A DNA stretch of 64,000 bases from Acidimicrobiales bacterium. Lineage in GTDB: Bacteria; Actinomycetota; Acidimicrobiia; Acidimicrobiales; BPGG01. The translations under genes were made by a program, and so were the position numbers. The stretch's first letter is position 1, and each line of letters begins with the position of its first letter. The stretch lies in NCBI GenBank assembly GCA_026002915.1, contig BPGG01000001.1:597468-661467 (forward strand), written 5' to 3'. Below the pieces are notes generated by a model, which searched no databases, was not told where the DNA came from, and saw nothing but the letters and a program-made list of their open reading frames with translations. Positions 8,750 to 17,344 of the stretch are shown here, one piece after another.

Positions 8750-11188
8750 TCACCCCCACCCCGAGAGGAAGCCCTGTCGCCGAAGCAGTGCGGCGAGCCC
8801 CTGACGGTCGACGGCCTGCTGCGGTCTGAACGTGCCGTCGGGCCAGCCCAGCATGAGACCCACCTCGGCTGCCCAAGCCACCGACGCCGATCCGGCTGCG
8901 GATGCGGGCACGTCGCTGAAGGGCGGAGGGGACGAGGCCGGTGGAGACGACGCCAGTCGGTGCAACACGACCGCCGCCGCCGACCTGGTCAGGCTGTGGG
9001 CGGGCTTGAAAGTCCCGTCGGGATAGCCGCGCATCAACCCCGAAGATGCCGCCCAACCGATGGCGTTCCTCCACGGATGGTAGTCGGGAACGTCGGAGAA
9101 CCTCGGCGTTGGGAACGGACCGGGAGGTGACCCGGCCATCCGATACAAGACCACCGCAAGCTGCCCCCTCGTCGCGGCGGCGGCGGGAAGGAAGCGGCCG
9201 TCCGGGTCACCGACCATGAGCCCTCTCGCCGCCACCCAACCAATCTCGGTGAAGAACGGGGAGGTCCGCCCGATATCCGCGAACATCGAGTACGCGAGCA
9301 TCCTGTACAGCAGAACGGCGGCCTCCTGACGTGCCAGCTCCGCCGTGGGTCTCAGCCGCCCGTCCGCACCGCCGCGCGCTATTCCTGCCTTATACGCCCA
9401 GATGGAGGCTGAAACCAGCTCCCTGTCTGTGGTGGGGACGTCGGAGAACGGTGCCGGCCCACTCTGTGGAGGAGAACCCGCGAAACGCCACAACCAAACC
9501 AGCGCCGATCCACGAGAGATCGCCAATCCCCCTCGGAACAGCCCGTCCCCGAACGGTGACGCGATGCGCTTCTGCCCCAACCACAGCGCGGCCGTCGCAG
9601 TGTCACCCGAGGTGTCCGGGTAGGGGTCGCCGGTCGCCGGCTGCCTCCCCGCGAACCGCCACAACCATCGGGCCATCACACCGCGCGTGGTCGACCTCGA
9701 CGGTTCGAAGTCCCCGGCGGAAGGGACGTCCAACACACCCAGCTGCTTCATTGCTCCTATCTCCCGGGCGAACGGGTGGTCGGCGGGGACGTCTGGATAA
9801 GGCCCGGTGTCGTGCGCCCGGATCCGCCGGGCGATCATCTTTCGCAGTTCCCCGAGCCAACGCTCGGCGTTGTCGCCGGGACATGACGTCGCCGACACAG
9901 CCCGATGAGACGTGACGGTGGGCAGTACCACATCCACACCTTCGGGCCATCGTGTCGACCCGCCGCTCACCTCGGTCGTCACCCCGAACGGGTCGATGTC
10001 CCAAAGGTCGAACTTCCAGGCGAGCACGTCTGCGAGAGCGCCCAGCTGCTCCGTGGTCACCTCCGCTGCGGGGGGAGATGCAGACGGGTGGTACTGTCCG
10101 AGCAGCGCCACGCCCACGCTCCCCGAGTTGAAGCCCTTCGCATGGGCACCCGTGATCGGGCGTGTCATCGAGCCGGTCCGTCCTTCGAAGACGGTGCCGT
10201 ACCGGTCTACGAGGAAGTTGTAGGCGATGTCACACCAGCGGTTGCCGTCGGTGTGCGCCACGTATATGGCACGGACGAGGTCGTCCGCCTCCCAGGGCTG
10301 GTATGAGTTAGTGCTCACCGTGTGGTGCACGATCCCGAACCGCAGGGAGTCGGCGTCGAACGGACCGCCGGCGCAATCCGGATTCTCGTCTCTCCACGGC
10401 CCTGCACCCCATGCCGCCCGCGTGACGATCGCAGGCGCAGGAACGCCGGCAGCCACCTCCGCCGGTGCCCCGGAGGAGGGCACGGCAGCCTCCGCAGCCG
10501 TCTCCCCTGATTTCACCCGGGCCGTTGTGCCCGTCGACCGTGCCGGGGGGTTGGTCGACTCGTCGAGAGATCGGAGCACCTCCACGGTGAGGTCGAGGAT
10601 CTCGCCGGAGACGGGTCGAAGCTCCACGGCGTCGGTGCCGGCTCCGACCCACACGGGACCGGCCGTCACCCGACCCGGGTCACCCGGCTCGGTGCCCTCG
10701 TCGGGACCTTCGTCGGGCTCGACACCCACCTCCACCCACGGGCTCCACGCGCCGTCGCGGCGGCTGCGAACCTCGAGGTGTGCCTCCGCGGACCCCGACC
10801 ACCGGAGGATCACGGCATGGGCAGGGATCGGCAAGGGAACAGTGACAGTCCGCTGTGAGGACTGAGACTCCTCGTGGGTGTCATGAGCGTCGGCTTCCTC
10901 AGACCCTCCCGCCACCGAAGACCCTCCCGCCACCCAAGCTTCTCCTGCTGCCGAATCCTCTCCTGCCGCCGAAGCGTTCCCGCCATTCGGTGACCCGGCA
11001 GCGAGGTCGCCCACCGAAACGCTCCTACGTTCGAACCAGCGGTCTGCGAACTCCTGCGGAGACTCCGCCCGAGGAACACCCTCTTCGGACTGCGCCGGCG
11101 CGGCTCGGGAGACATGGACGGCCTGCGACGAGAGGACTGCCACGACGAGCGAACACCGCACGAGGCTGCGCACGGCCCGTCCGATCAT
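8750..11188 (-). CDS. Secreted N-acetylmuramoyl-L-alanine amidase (amidase_2/PGRP domain) with six C-terminal SLH repeats
   Basis: Track ORF 8750-11719 is over-extended into the upstream gene. I start at ATG 11188 (MIGRAVRSLVRCSLVVAVLSSQAVHVSRAAPA = signal peptide). Amidase_2 core: IVHHTVSTNSY, CDIAYNFLVDRYGTVFEGR, GAHAKGFNSGSVGVALLG. This is followed by six 55-60-aa repeats of the SLH pattern F-x-D-V...W...G...G...G-x-F-x-P. Confidence 0.85.
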   Translation of the reverse strand: MIGRAVRSLVRCSLVVAVLSSQAVHVSRAAPAQSEEGVPRAESPQEFADRWFERRSVSVGDLAAGSPNGGNASAAGEDSAAGEAWVAGGSSVAGGSEEADAHDTHEESQSSQRTVTVPLPIPAHAVILRWSGSAEAHLEVRSRRDGAWSPWVEVGVEPDEGPDEGTEPGDPGRVTAGPVWVGAGTDAVELRPVSGEILDLTVEVLRSLDESTNPPARSTGTTARVKSGETAAEAAVPSSGAPAEVAAGVPAPAIVTRAAWGAGPWRDENPDCAGGPFDADSLRFGIVHHTVSTNSYQPWEADDLVRAIYVAHTDGNRWCDIAYNFLVDRYGTVFEGRTGSMTRPITGAHAKGFNSGSVGVALLGQYHPSASPPAAEVTTEQLGALADVLAWKFDLWDIDPFGVTTEVSGGSTRWPEGVDVVLPTVTSHRAVSATSCPGDNAERWLGELRKMIARRIRAHDTGPYPDVPADHPFAREIGAMKQLGVLDVPSAGDFEPSRSTTRGVMARWLWRFAGRQPATGDPYPDTSGDTATAALWLGQKRIASPFGDGLFRGGLAISRGSALVWLWRFAGSPPQSGPAPFSDVPTTDRELVSASIWAYKAGIARGGADGRLRPTAELARQEAAVLLYRMLAYSMFADIGRTSPFFTEIGWVAARGLMVGDPDGRFLPAAAATRGQLAVVLYRMAGSPPGPFPTPRFSDVPDYHPWRNAIGWAASSGLMRGYPDGTFKPAHSLTRSAAAVVLHRLASSPPASSPPPFSDVPASAAGSASVAWAAEVGLMLGWPDGTFRPQQAVDRQGLAALLRRQGFLSGWG

Positions 11189-11267
11189 CCGCGTCGATGC
11201 TACGCGCACGATCCGAGCGGTGCAGCAGGGTCCGGCGATGACGTGTCCATCGACCAAGTCGTGTCCA

Positions 11268-12734
11268 TCAGTTCGAGTACCGGAACAGGAACGCCACCTG
11301 CTCCTGCCGAAGGACGCTCCCCGACGGTCTGAAGGTCCCGTCGGAGAAACCCGCCACGATCCCCTCAGATGTGGCCCACGAGATCTCGGTACGGAACGGA
11401 TGCGCGGGACCCACGTCCGAGAAACCCGGATCCGGGAAAGGCCCCTTCGGCGAACCCGCCAACCGGTACAAGAAAGCCACCGCCTCTTGCCTCTTGACCA
11501 CGTGATCCGGCCTGAAGGACCCGTCCTCGTACCCTCGGACGATCCCCCGGCTGGCGGCCCACGAGATCTCGGTACGGAACGGATGCGCGGGACCCACGTC
11601 CGAGAAACCCGGATCCGGGAAAGGCCCCTTCGGCGAACCCGCCAACCGGTACAAGAAAGCCACCGCCTCCTTGCGCTTGACGCCCTCCGTAGGTCGGAAC
11701 GTCCCGTCCCCATAACCACGGGCGACGTCCCTGCTCACCGCCCACGCCACCTCCGCCGCGAACGTGTAGAACTTCGGCACGTCGACGAAGATCCTCTGGT
11801 CGCACCGACCCCTACGCGCCGTCTGGTCGCAGAACCGCCTGGTGGTCGTCCAACCCAGCCCCACTCGGGCGTTGGTCCTCAGCTCTCGGGCGGCGCCCAC
11901 GTCCTCGGTGAGGCCGGTGTCTTCCCGCAGCCAGTGCCGGTACTCGTATCCACCGAAAGAGAACACGTAGAACGGTTTGGATATCGGTGACGGGCCGAAC
12001 GTCGGCGAGACGAACCCGCGGTAGCCCTGCGCCGCGGCAGGGTCCACATACCAGCAGGGGACCACCCACCTGTCGTCGAAGTCGCAAGTCCGCTGCACCG
12101 TCCCGCCCGATCTCTCGACCGCCGGGTCCTCGGCGACGCCCGTGAGACGGCCGTCTTTGTAGATCTCGGCGAAGATCGCCTCGCACTTGCCGTTTCGGCA
12201 GCCGTGCCAAGGCGCCCACGCGTAGGATCGGTCGGGCGACGCACACCATCGCCTGACGATCTCCGCGGCGGCGGTTCGGGCGGCCACCCAGGTGTCCATC
12301 CTCTCTGCGGCGGTGAGACCCCAGCCTCCCGCCGAGTCGAACTGCCAGGCCCCCACTCCCGGATGCCAGAACACACCCACGTATGGCGAGCTCGGGTCTG
12401 AGAAGGGATAGAGGGTGGAGTTCGTGTCCCAACGGGAGAGGGTCATCGGCGACGGTGCCTGTGTGCTCGGCGCCCCCGTCTCGGGGAAGGTCGGAGCGAG
12501 CACCATGGCAGCCAGTTCGTCCGCACCGAGACCGCACGAGGCGAACTCGGCTGCGGCTGCTCTCACGTCTGCAAGCGGCTGCGCGCCAAACGTCCTCGCG
12601 GGGGGCGGCTCCTCGGCGGCGGCATGCGACGGGGAGGTTGCCACCTGCCCGGCGAGAGCCAGGCAACCTGCCAACATAATCCGCCAGACGGGGATCGAAC
12701 TGCGCGCCACGAGCGTCGATGCGTTCGAACCCAT
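11268..12734 (-). CDS. Secreted protein with an uncharacterised Cys-rich N-terminal domain and three C-terminal SLH domains
   Basis: ORF 11268-12764. Start placed at ATG 12734 (MGSNASTLVARSSIPVWRIMLAGCLALAGQ = signal peptide), 8 nt after the upstream stop. C-terminus has three SLH repeats (FSDVGPAHPFRTEISWAASRGIVRGYEDGSFRP). I do not recognise the N-terminal ~300 aa; GVGAWQFDS faintly recalls lysozyme-like folds. Confidence 0.75.
   Translation of the reverse strand: MGSNASTLVARSSIPVWRIMLAGCLALAGQVATSPSHAAAEEPPPARTFGAQPLADVRAAAAEFASCGLGADELAAMVLAPTFPETGAPSTQAPSPMTLSRWDTNSTLYPFSDPSSPYVGVFWHPGVGAWQFDSAGGWGLTAAERMDTWVAARTAAAEIVRRWCASPDRSYAWAPWHGCRNGKCEAIFAEIYKDGRLTGVAEDPAVERSGGTVQRTCDFDDRWVVPCWYVDPAAAQGYRGFVSPTFGPSPISKPFYVFSFGGYEYRHWLREDTGLTEDVGAARELRTNARVGLGWTTTRRFCDQTARRGRCDQRIFVDVPKFYTFAAEVAWAVSRDVARGYGDGTFRPTEGVKRKEAVAFLYRLAGSPKGPFPDPGFSDVGPAHPFRTEISWAASRGIVRGYEDGSFRPDHVVKRQEAVAFLYRLAGSPKGPFPDPGFSDVGPAHPFRTEISWATSEGIVAGFSDGTFRPSGSVLRQEQVAFLFRYSN
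11373..11669 (-). repeat. Perfect 114-nt direct repeat (11373-11486 and 11556-11669, 183-nt period) inside the SLH gene
   Basis: Read directly from the sequence. Both copies read ggcccacgagatctcggtacggaacggatgcgcgggacccacgtccgagaaacccggatccgggaaaggccccttcggcgaacccgccaaccggtacaagaaagccaccgcctc. The period equals one 61-aa SLH unit. Confidence 0.95.
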
Positions 12735-12742
12735 GTGACACC

Positions 12743-13768
12743 TCACGACGGTTTCTCGGCCCAAAGGGACACTGCGGCGATCTCACCGGCGATCTCGACG
12801 CCCATCGGCCGATCAGGAACCAGAGCTACGTCGGCGGGGGCTCCGGGGGGTACGTCCGTCCTCCCCGGAAGCACGGCCCGTCCCCTGGCCACCGCCAAGA
12901 CGCGACCGGCGTCCGAGATCCACGCAGCCGTGACCACCGGGAGCGCGTCCGCTCGGTCGGCCCAGTTGCTCGCGGAGGCCACGAGAACCGGTCTGTCGGC
13001 CGGAGGTCCTTGGCTCTCGTCGAACCGTGAGACGAGGTGTTCTGGCAGGGGCGAGGCGTCCCCGACATGCCGTTCCCACAACCTGGAGAGTTCGAAGACC
13101 CCTCGCCGTCGCGTCACCTCCGCCCCGTCCGTCGCCGCCCCCGGGTCGGCCGACCATCGGACCTTCTCGACCACGCCGTCAGCGATCTCGACCTCCAAGG
13201 CGAACGGCACCGGTTCCCCCGGTCTCACTGCTCCTACGAGGGCGCTCGAGCTCCCCCGTCCGACCACGCGTCCTGAGCGGTCTCGCAACTCGGCATGGAC
13301 CACTACCGACTCGACCGGCTCTGCAGTCTCGTTCCGCACCAGCCCGAGCGCCCTCCAGGTCCGCCCTCGCCCGAGGTCCACCGTCTCGGTGGTGACGGTC
13401 TCGACCAGCACTCGCACGTCACCGTCCAGCCGGTCGGTCCACATCAGACCCGAAAATGAGGCGAGTTTCCTCGCAGCGCCGTCGGAGCCGTCGGACTCTC
13501 TCGCGGCGAGCTCCTGTGACGTCACCGAGCAGTCCGATCTCCGCTCGTGGACCCTGAGGCAACCCCTGGAATCGAACAGATGTGGTGTGCGCGCCGCAGG
13601 AGGCGGGAGCGTGGGGAGAACCGGGAATTCCCCGAGGCTTCGGCTCCTCGGCGGAGCACCAGTGCCTGCTCCCGAACCGACGCGCAACGTCCCGCCGTCG
13701 GACGAACAGCCGACTGCCAGCCATGCCGCCAGAGATGTGACGACGACAAGGAACCTTCCCCGTCTCAC
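12743..13768 (-). CDS. Lipoprotein of unknown function
   Basis: 341-aa ORF. GTG start preceded by GGAAGGAGGG. N-terminus MRRGRFLVVVTSLAAWLAVGCSSDGG has a lipobox (LAVGC). No recognisable catalytic motifs. Confidence 0.65.
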   Translation of the reverse strand: MRRGRFLVVVTSLAAWLAVGCSSDGGTLRVGSGAGTGAPPRSRSLGEFPVLPTLPPPAARTPHLFDSRGCLRVHERRSDCSVTSQELAARESDGSDGAARKLASFSGLMWTDRLDGDVRVLVETVTTETVDLGRGRTWRALGLVRNETAEPVESVVVHAELRDRSGRVVGRGSSSALVGAVRPGEPVPFALEVEIADGVVEKVRWSADPGAATDGAEVTRRRGVFELSRLWERHVGDASPLPEHLVSRFDESQGPPADRPVLVASASNWADRADALPVVTAAWISDAGRVLAVARGRAVLPGRTDVPPGAPADVALVPDRPMGVEIAGEIAAVSLWAEKPS

Positions 13769-13908
13769 AGCCCTCCTTCCCCCGGCTGTGAGACCCCTTC
13801 CGCCCGCCGGTCAACCGACGTTAGCAGACTGGCTTCCCGAAGAGGAGCAGCCCCAACCAAGACACCGGCAGCCCCTCGCTCGCCTCGCAGGACCTGCCAA
13901 CCCACCTG

Positions 13909-15291
13909 CTACTGCCGCCGCCTCGACAGCCCTCTCGCCGACGCGATCCTCATCCACGACAGGGCCACGGCGGCGGACGCGACCAGGGCCGTCTCCACCC
14001 TCCAGTACAAGTCGTCAGAAAACGTGAGAGCCACGAGGAACGTCGCGAAGGCCGCGAGCCAGCCGGTGGCGAAGCGCGAGTGCAAGGACAGAGCGATCAC
14101 ACCCTGCCCTTCCGCCACCGCGACCATCAGCAGGACGGCCGACACCGCGAGCATGCCCATGTCGCGTCCGCCCAGCTCGCCGTCCACACCGAAGACGCCC
14201 CTCACCAGGATCGGCCCTACTGCCACCGCGCACAGCGTCCCACATGCCCCGAGCACGAGGAGGAGACGCCTGAGGCGGCCGAGGGCCGCGTCGAAGTCGT
14301 CCCATCTCTCGGAGCCCACCATGTGTGACAGCCGCGGGAGGAGGGAAGCGAGCACGGCCTGGAACAGGAACAACGGGCTGCGGGCTATCAGCAGACCGTT
14401 GAGGAACACGCCCGCAGCGGCCCTGTCCTCCTCGCCGGCCAACGCCTTCACCGCCACCACACCGCCGTTGACGATCAGCGCCATCGAAGCGATACCGACC
14501 AACAGCCAGCCGAGAGCCTTCGACAGCTCCGTCCACGATGCCGCCGGACCCTCGTCGAGCAACGGGCGAGGGTCGCGCAGTGACACCGCCGCCGCCAGGA
14601 GAGGCGCCCCTGCGGCCAACACCCCCCAAGCTCCGGCGGTCGTCACCGCTGCCGCCGCCAAGACGGCTCCGACCACCGGTCTCGACAGACCCTCCACCGC
14701 GAACAGGGTCCCGTAGTCTCGGAAGCGTCCATGTGAGGCAAGCAGGCCGCGTGCCATGTGCACGACGGCGAACGAGAAGAGCCCGAGGACGAGCACCAGG
14801 AGCATCTCCACACGTCCGTCGAACAGCCGAGGGAGCACCCACGGAGAGCTCACCGACAGGCCCACGGTCACGAATGCCGTGAAACCCAGGCCGAGCGCGG
14901 CCGCCTTCTCCACGACCGGCCGCACGCCCACATCGCGGGCTCGCCGCTCCGACACGGCGCGCGCCAGCTCTTGTTCGAGCGGCTGCATCACGCCGTTCCC
15001 GGCGGCGAACAGGGTCACCCACAGCACGGCGAGCAGCGAGTAGTCGGCCTCGGGCAGCACATGGGAGGCCATGGCGAGGAAGACGTATATGGCGACCCCG
15101 TTCACCACCAGCCCTACGGCGACCGGGATCGATCCTCGAGGAAGCGCCTCGGAGAATCTCTGCAGAAGGCGGCCGGGCGGCCCGCCTGGAGAGCCTGCTA
15201 CCTCCCGCCCTGATCCACCGGATGGGGCATGCAGTACTCGTCGTACTCGGCTATCGGGATCTGGTCTGGCTGCAGGCTGCACGCGGGGCAC
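13909..15291 (-). CDS. MOP-superfamily polysaccharide/lipid-linked oligosaccharide flippase (Wzx/MurJ-like)
   Basis: 460-aa polytopic ORF, roughly 12 hydrophobic segments by eye, with the Wzx-like N-terminal pattern (RLLQRFSEALPRGSIPVAVGLVVNG). The only plausible starts (GTG 15291 or 15282) overlap the upstream gene's 3' end by about 85-94 nt. Confidence 0.6.
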   Translation of the reverse strand: MPRVQPAARPDPDSRVRRVLHAPSGGSGREVAGSPGGPPGRLLQRFSEALPRGSIPVAVGLVVNGVAIYVFLAMASHVLPEADYSLLAVLWVTLFAAGNGVMQPLEQELARAVSERRARDVGVRPVVEKAAALGLGFTAFVTVGLSVSSPWVLPRLFDGRVEMLLVLVLGLFSFAVVHMARGLLASHGRFRDYGTLFAVEGLSRPVVGAVLAAAAVTTAGAWGVLAAGAPLLAAAVSLRDPRPLLDEGPAASWTELSKALGWLLVGIASMALIVNGGVVAVKALAGEEDRAAAGVFLNGLLIARSPLFLFQAVLASLLPRLSHMVGSERWDDFDAALGRLRRLLLVLGACGTLCAVAVGPILVRGVFGVDGELGGRDMGMLAVSAVLLMVAVAEGQGVIALSLHSRFATGWLAAFATFLVALTFSDDLYWRVETALVASAAVALSWMRIASARGLSRRRQ

Positions 15292-16376
15292 TTGGGGTCG
15301 CGGTTCAGGCGGAAGGTCCTGAAGGACGCTTCCAGAGCATCGTAGGCGAGCAGCTTACCCACCAACGGCTCCCCGATGCCCAACAGCAGCTTCAGGGCCT
15401 CCAACGCCTGGATCGATCCGACGATGCCGGGAAGGACGCCCAACACACCCGCCTCCGCACACGACGGTGCGAGCTCGGCGGGCGGCGGTTCGGGGACCAG
15501 GCACCTGTAGCAGGGACCCTCGTACGGGACGAAGACGCTCACCTGACCCTCGAACCGGAAGATCGACCCGTGCACCACCGGCGTGCCGGTCTTCAGCGAA
15601 GCGTCGTTCAACAGGTAGCGGGTGGGGAAGTTGTCCGCACCGTCGATCACGAGGTCGTACTGGGACAACAACTCCACCACGTTCTCTGCGCCGAGGCGCA
15701 CGTCGTGGGCGACGACGTCGACGTCGGGATTCAGGGCGGTGAGGGTCTTCTTCGCCGAGTCCACTTTCCGCTCGCCGACCCGCTCCACGTTGTGCAAGAT
15801 CTGCCGCTGCAGGTTCGACTCGTCCACGAAGTCCATGTCCACGATGCCGAGCGTCCCCACCCCGGCCGCCGCCAGGTAAAGAGCAGCCGGAGAGCCGAGC
15901 CCACCTGCACCCAGCAGAAGCACTTTCGATTCGAGGAGGCGGATCTGACCCTCCTCCCCCACCTCGGGGAGCAGGAGGTGTCGGTGGTAGCGGTTGCGCT
16001 GCGCCGGCGTGAGGATCTTCGGCCTCACCCATTCGCGCCCCTCGTCCTTCCACCGGTTGAACCCCCCGGCCATCGACACGACGTCGGTGTACCCGAGCTG
16101 CTGGAGGGTCTCCGCCGCGAAGGCGGAGCGCACCCCTCCGGCGCAGTGCACGACGATCTTCTTGTCCCGCTGGGGTAGCCGCGATTCGACCTGGGTCTCC
16201 AACACTCCTCGGGGAATGTGCACGGCACCGGGGATCGCGCCCTGCTCGTACTCGTCGGGCTCACGGACGTCGAGGACTACGGCGCCCTCCTCCCTCCTGA
16301 GCCGATCGGCCTCGGCGGGATCGACTTCTCTGATCCTGCGACGGGTCTGCTCGAGAAGCTCTCTGAACGTCGCCAT
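15198..16376 (-). CDS. moeZ: Rhodanese-ThiF/MoeB adenylyltransferase-sulfurtransferase (MoeZ-like, with the rhodanese domain N-terminal)
   Basis: 392-aa ORF. RBS GAGGAGG lies before ATG 16376. Residues ~1-115 form a rhodanese domain with active-site loop VVHCAGGVRS. The remainder is a ThiF/E1 domain (LLLGAGGLGSPAALYLAAAGVG, CYRC...CPAC zinc site). Confidence 0.85.
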   Translation of the reverse strand: MATFRELLEQTRRRIREVDPAEADRLRREEGAVVLDVREPDEYEQGAIPGAVHIPRGVLETQVESRLPQRDKKIVVHCAGGVRSAFAAETLQQLGYTDVVSMAGGFNRWKDEGREWVRPKILTPAQRNRYHRHLLLPEVGEEGQIRLLESKVLLLGAGGLGSPAALYLAAAGVGTLGIVDMDFVDESNLQRQILHNVERVGERKVDSAKKTLTALNPDVDVVAHDVRLGAENVVELLSQYDLVIDGADNFPTRYLLNDASLKTGTPVVHGSIFRFEGQVSVFVPYEGPCYRCLVPEPPPAELAPSCAEAGVLGVLPGIVGSIQALEALKLLLGIGEPLVGKLLAYDALEASFRTFRLNRDPKCPACSLQPDQIPIAEYDEYCMPHPVDQGGR

Positions 16377-16474
16377 GGCGCCTCCTCAGACGATCGGGAC
16401 CCGCGACGTGCCGGGTAAACAAATCTTATCTATTGGGTCGACAATTTACGCCGGCCTGTGCGGCGCTACCCGGC

Positions 16475-17338
16475 TCACCAGCGTCGGTCGAGCCTCCAAA
16501 GCCCGGCCTCGAGGGCAAGCCGCCGGGCCTGAAAGAGCTCCTGGTCGGTCGGCCTCCTGGCGACGTCGGCGAGCCTGATCCGACCGTCGGAGAGACGCTC
16601 CCCGACCTTGTACTCGGGTCGATACTGACCCATCAGGTTCACATAGGTGTCCTGCTGCATCTCTGCTATCGCGGCCCGGGCGCGCTCGGGGTAGTCGGCC
16701 GCCCGCGCCAGCCTCCGAGCGGTCTCCGACTTCCAGAACTTGAAGTCCGGCATGTAGACGTCCACCAACCCGTCGAGCAGCCTGAGGGACTCGACCGAGT
16801 CATATGCAGAGGTGTTGTAGACCACGGGGACCCGCAGACCCCGTTCGGCGAGGAGGGAGAGCATCTCCACCACCTGGGGCACGACGTGCTCGGGTGTTAC
16901 GAGGTTGATGTTGTGACACCCCGCCTCTTGGAGCTCGAGTGCCAACGAGGCGAGTTCCGACGCGTCCATCTCCCGTCCTGCGCGCCGCTGCGAGATGTCC
17001 CAGTTCTGACAGAACTGGCACCGCAGGTTGCAGAGAGAGAAGAAGATGGTTCCCGAGCCGTTCCATCCTCTGAGGCAGTCCTCCTCTCCGAAGTGTGGGA
17101 ACGCGCTGGCCACGATCGCCCGACGCCCCACACCGCACACGCCGGAACGGTCGTCGGCGAGTCGATCGACGAGGCATTCCCGCGGACACGCCCGACACCG
17201 CCCGAGCTCGCTGAGAGCGGCGGTCGTCTTTGCCTCGAGGAGGCCTCTTCGAGCCGACGCCACTGCGGCCGGCTCCCAGTCGTGGGCCACGAAGCGATCG
17301 TCGAGTCTCGGCGGTTTCCTCGAACGGACTCCCACCAC
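16475..17338 (-). CDS. Radical SAM protein, PflX/PflA-like (activase-type)
   Basis: 287-aa ORF with FFSLCNLRCQFCQNWDIS (CxxxCxxC) and the downstream pattern NLVTPEHVVPQ...YNTSAYD...DVYMPDFKF typical of the PflX family. Confidence 0.8.
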   Translation of the reverse strand: MVGVRSRKPPRLDDRFVAHDWEPAAVASARRGLLEAKTTAALSELGRCRACPRECLVDRLADDRSGVCGVGRRAIVASAFPHFGEEDCLRGWNGSGTIFFSLCNLRCQFCQNWDISQRRAGREMDASELASLALELQEAGCHNINLVTPEHVVPQVVEMLSLLAERGLRVPVVYNTSAYDSVESLRLLDGLVDVYMPDFKFWKSETARRLARAADYPERARAAIAEMQQDTYVNLMGQYRPEYKVGERLSDGRIRLADVARRPTDQELFQARRLALEAGLWRLDRRW

Positions 17339-17344
17339 GGGCGG

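Noticed and set aside
6075-8829. Long plus-strand ORFs 6075-7283 (402 aa) and 7756-8829 (357 aa)
   Set aside because: They are antisense to the SGNH-like and MBOAT genes. Composition is low-complexity and Arg/Pro/His-rich, with no motifs.
11189-11719. N-terminal 177-aa extension of track ORF 8750-11719
   Set aside because: It is an alternative frame of the SLH repeats of the upstream gene (the repeated RRWLSCTGWRVRRRGLSRIRVSRTW reflects the 114-nt duplication). A proper signal peptide begins at ATG 11188.
12624-14716. Plus-strand ORFs 12624-14027 (467 aa) and 13547-14716 (389 aa)
   Set aside because: They are antisense to the lipoprotein and flippase genes. The translations are S/T/P/R-rich with no domain features.
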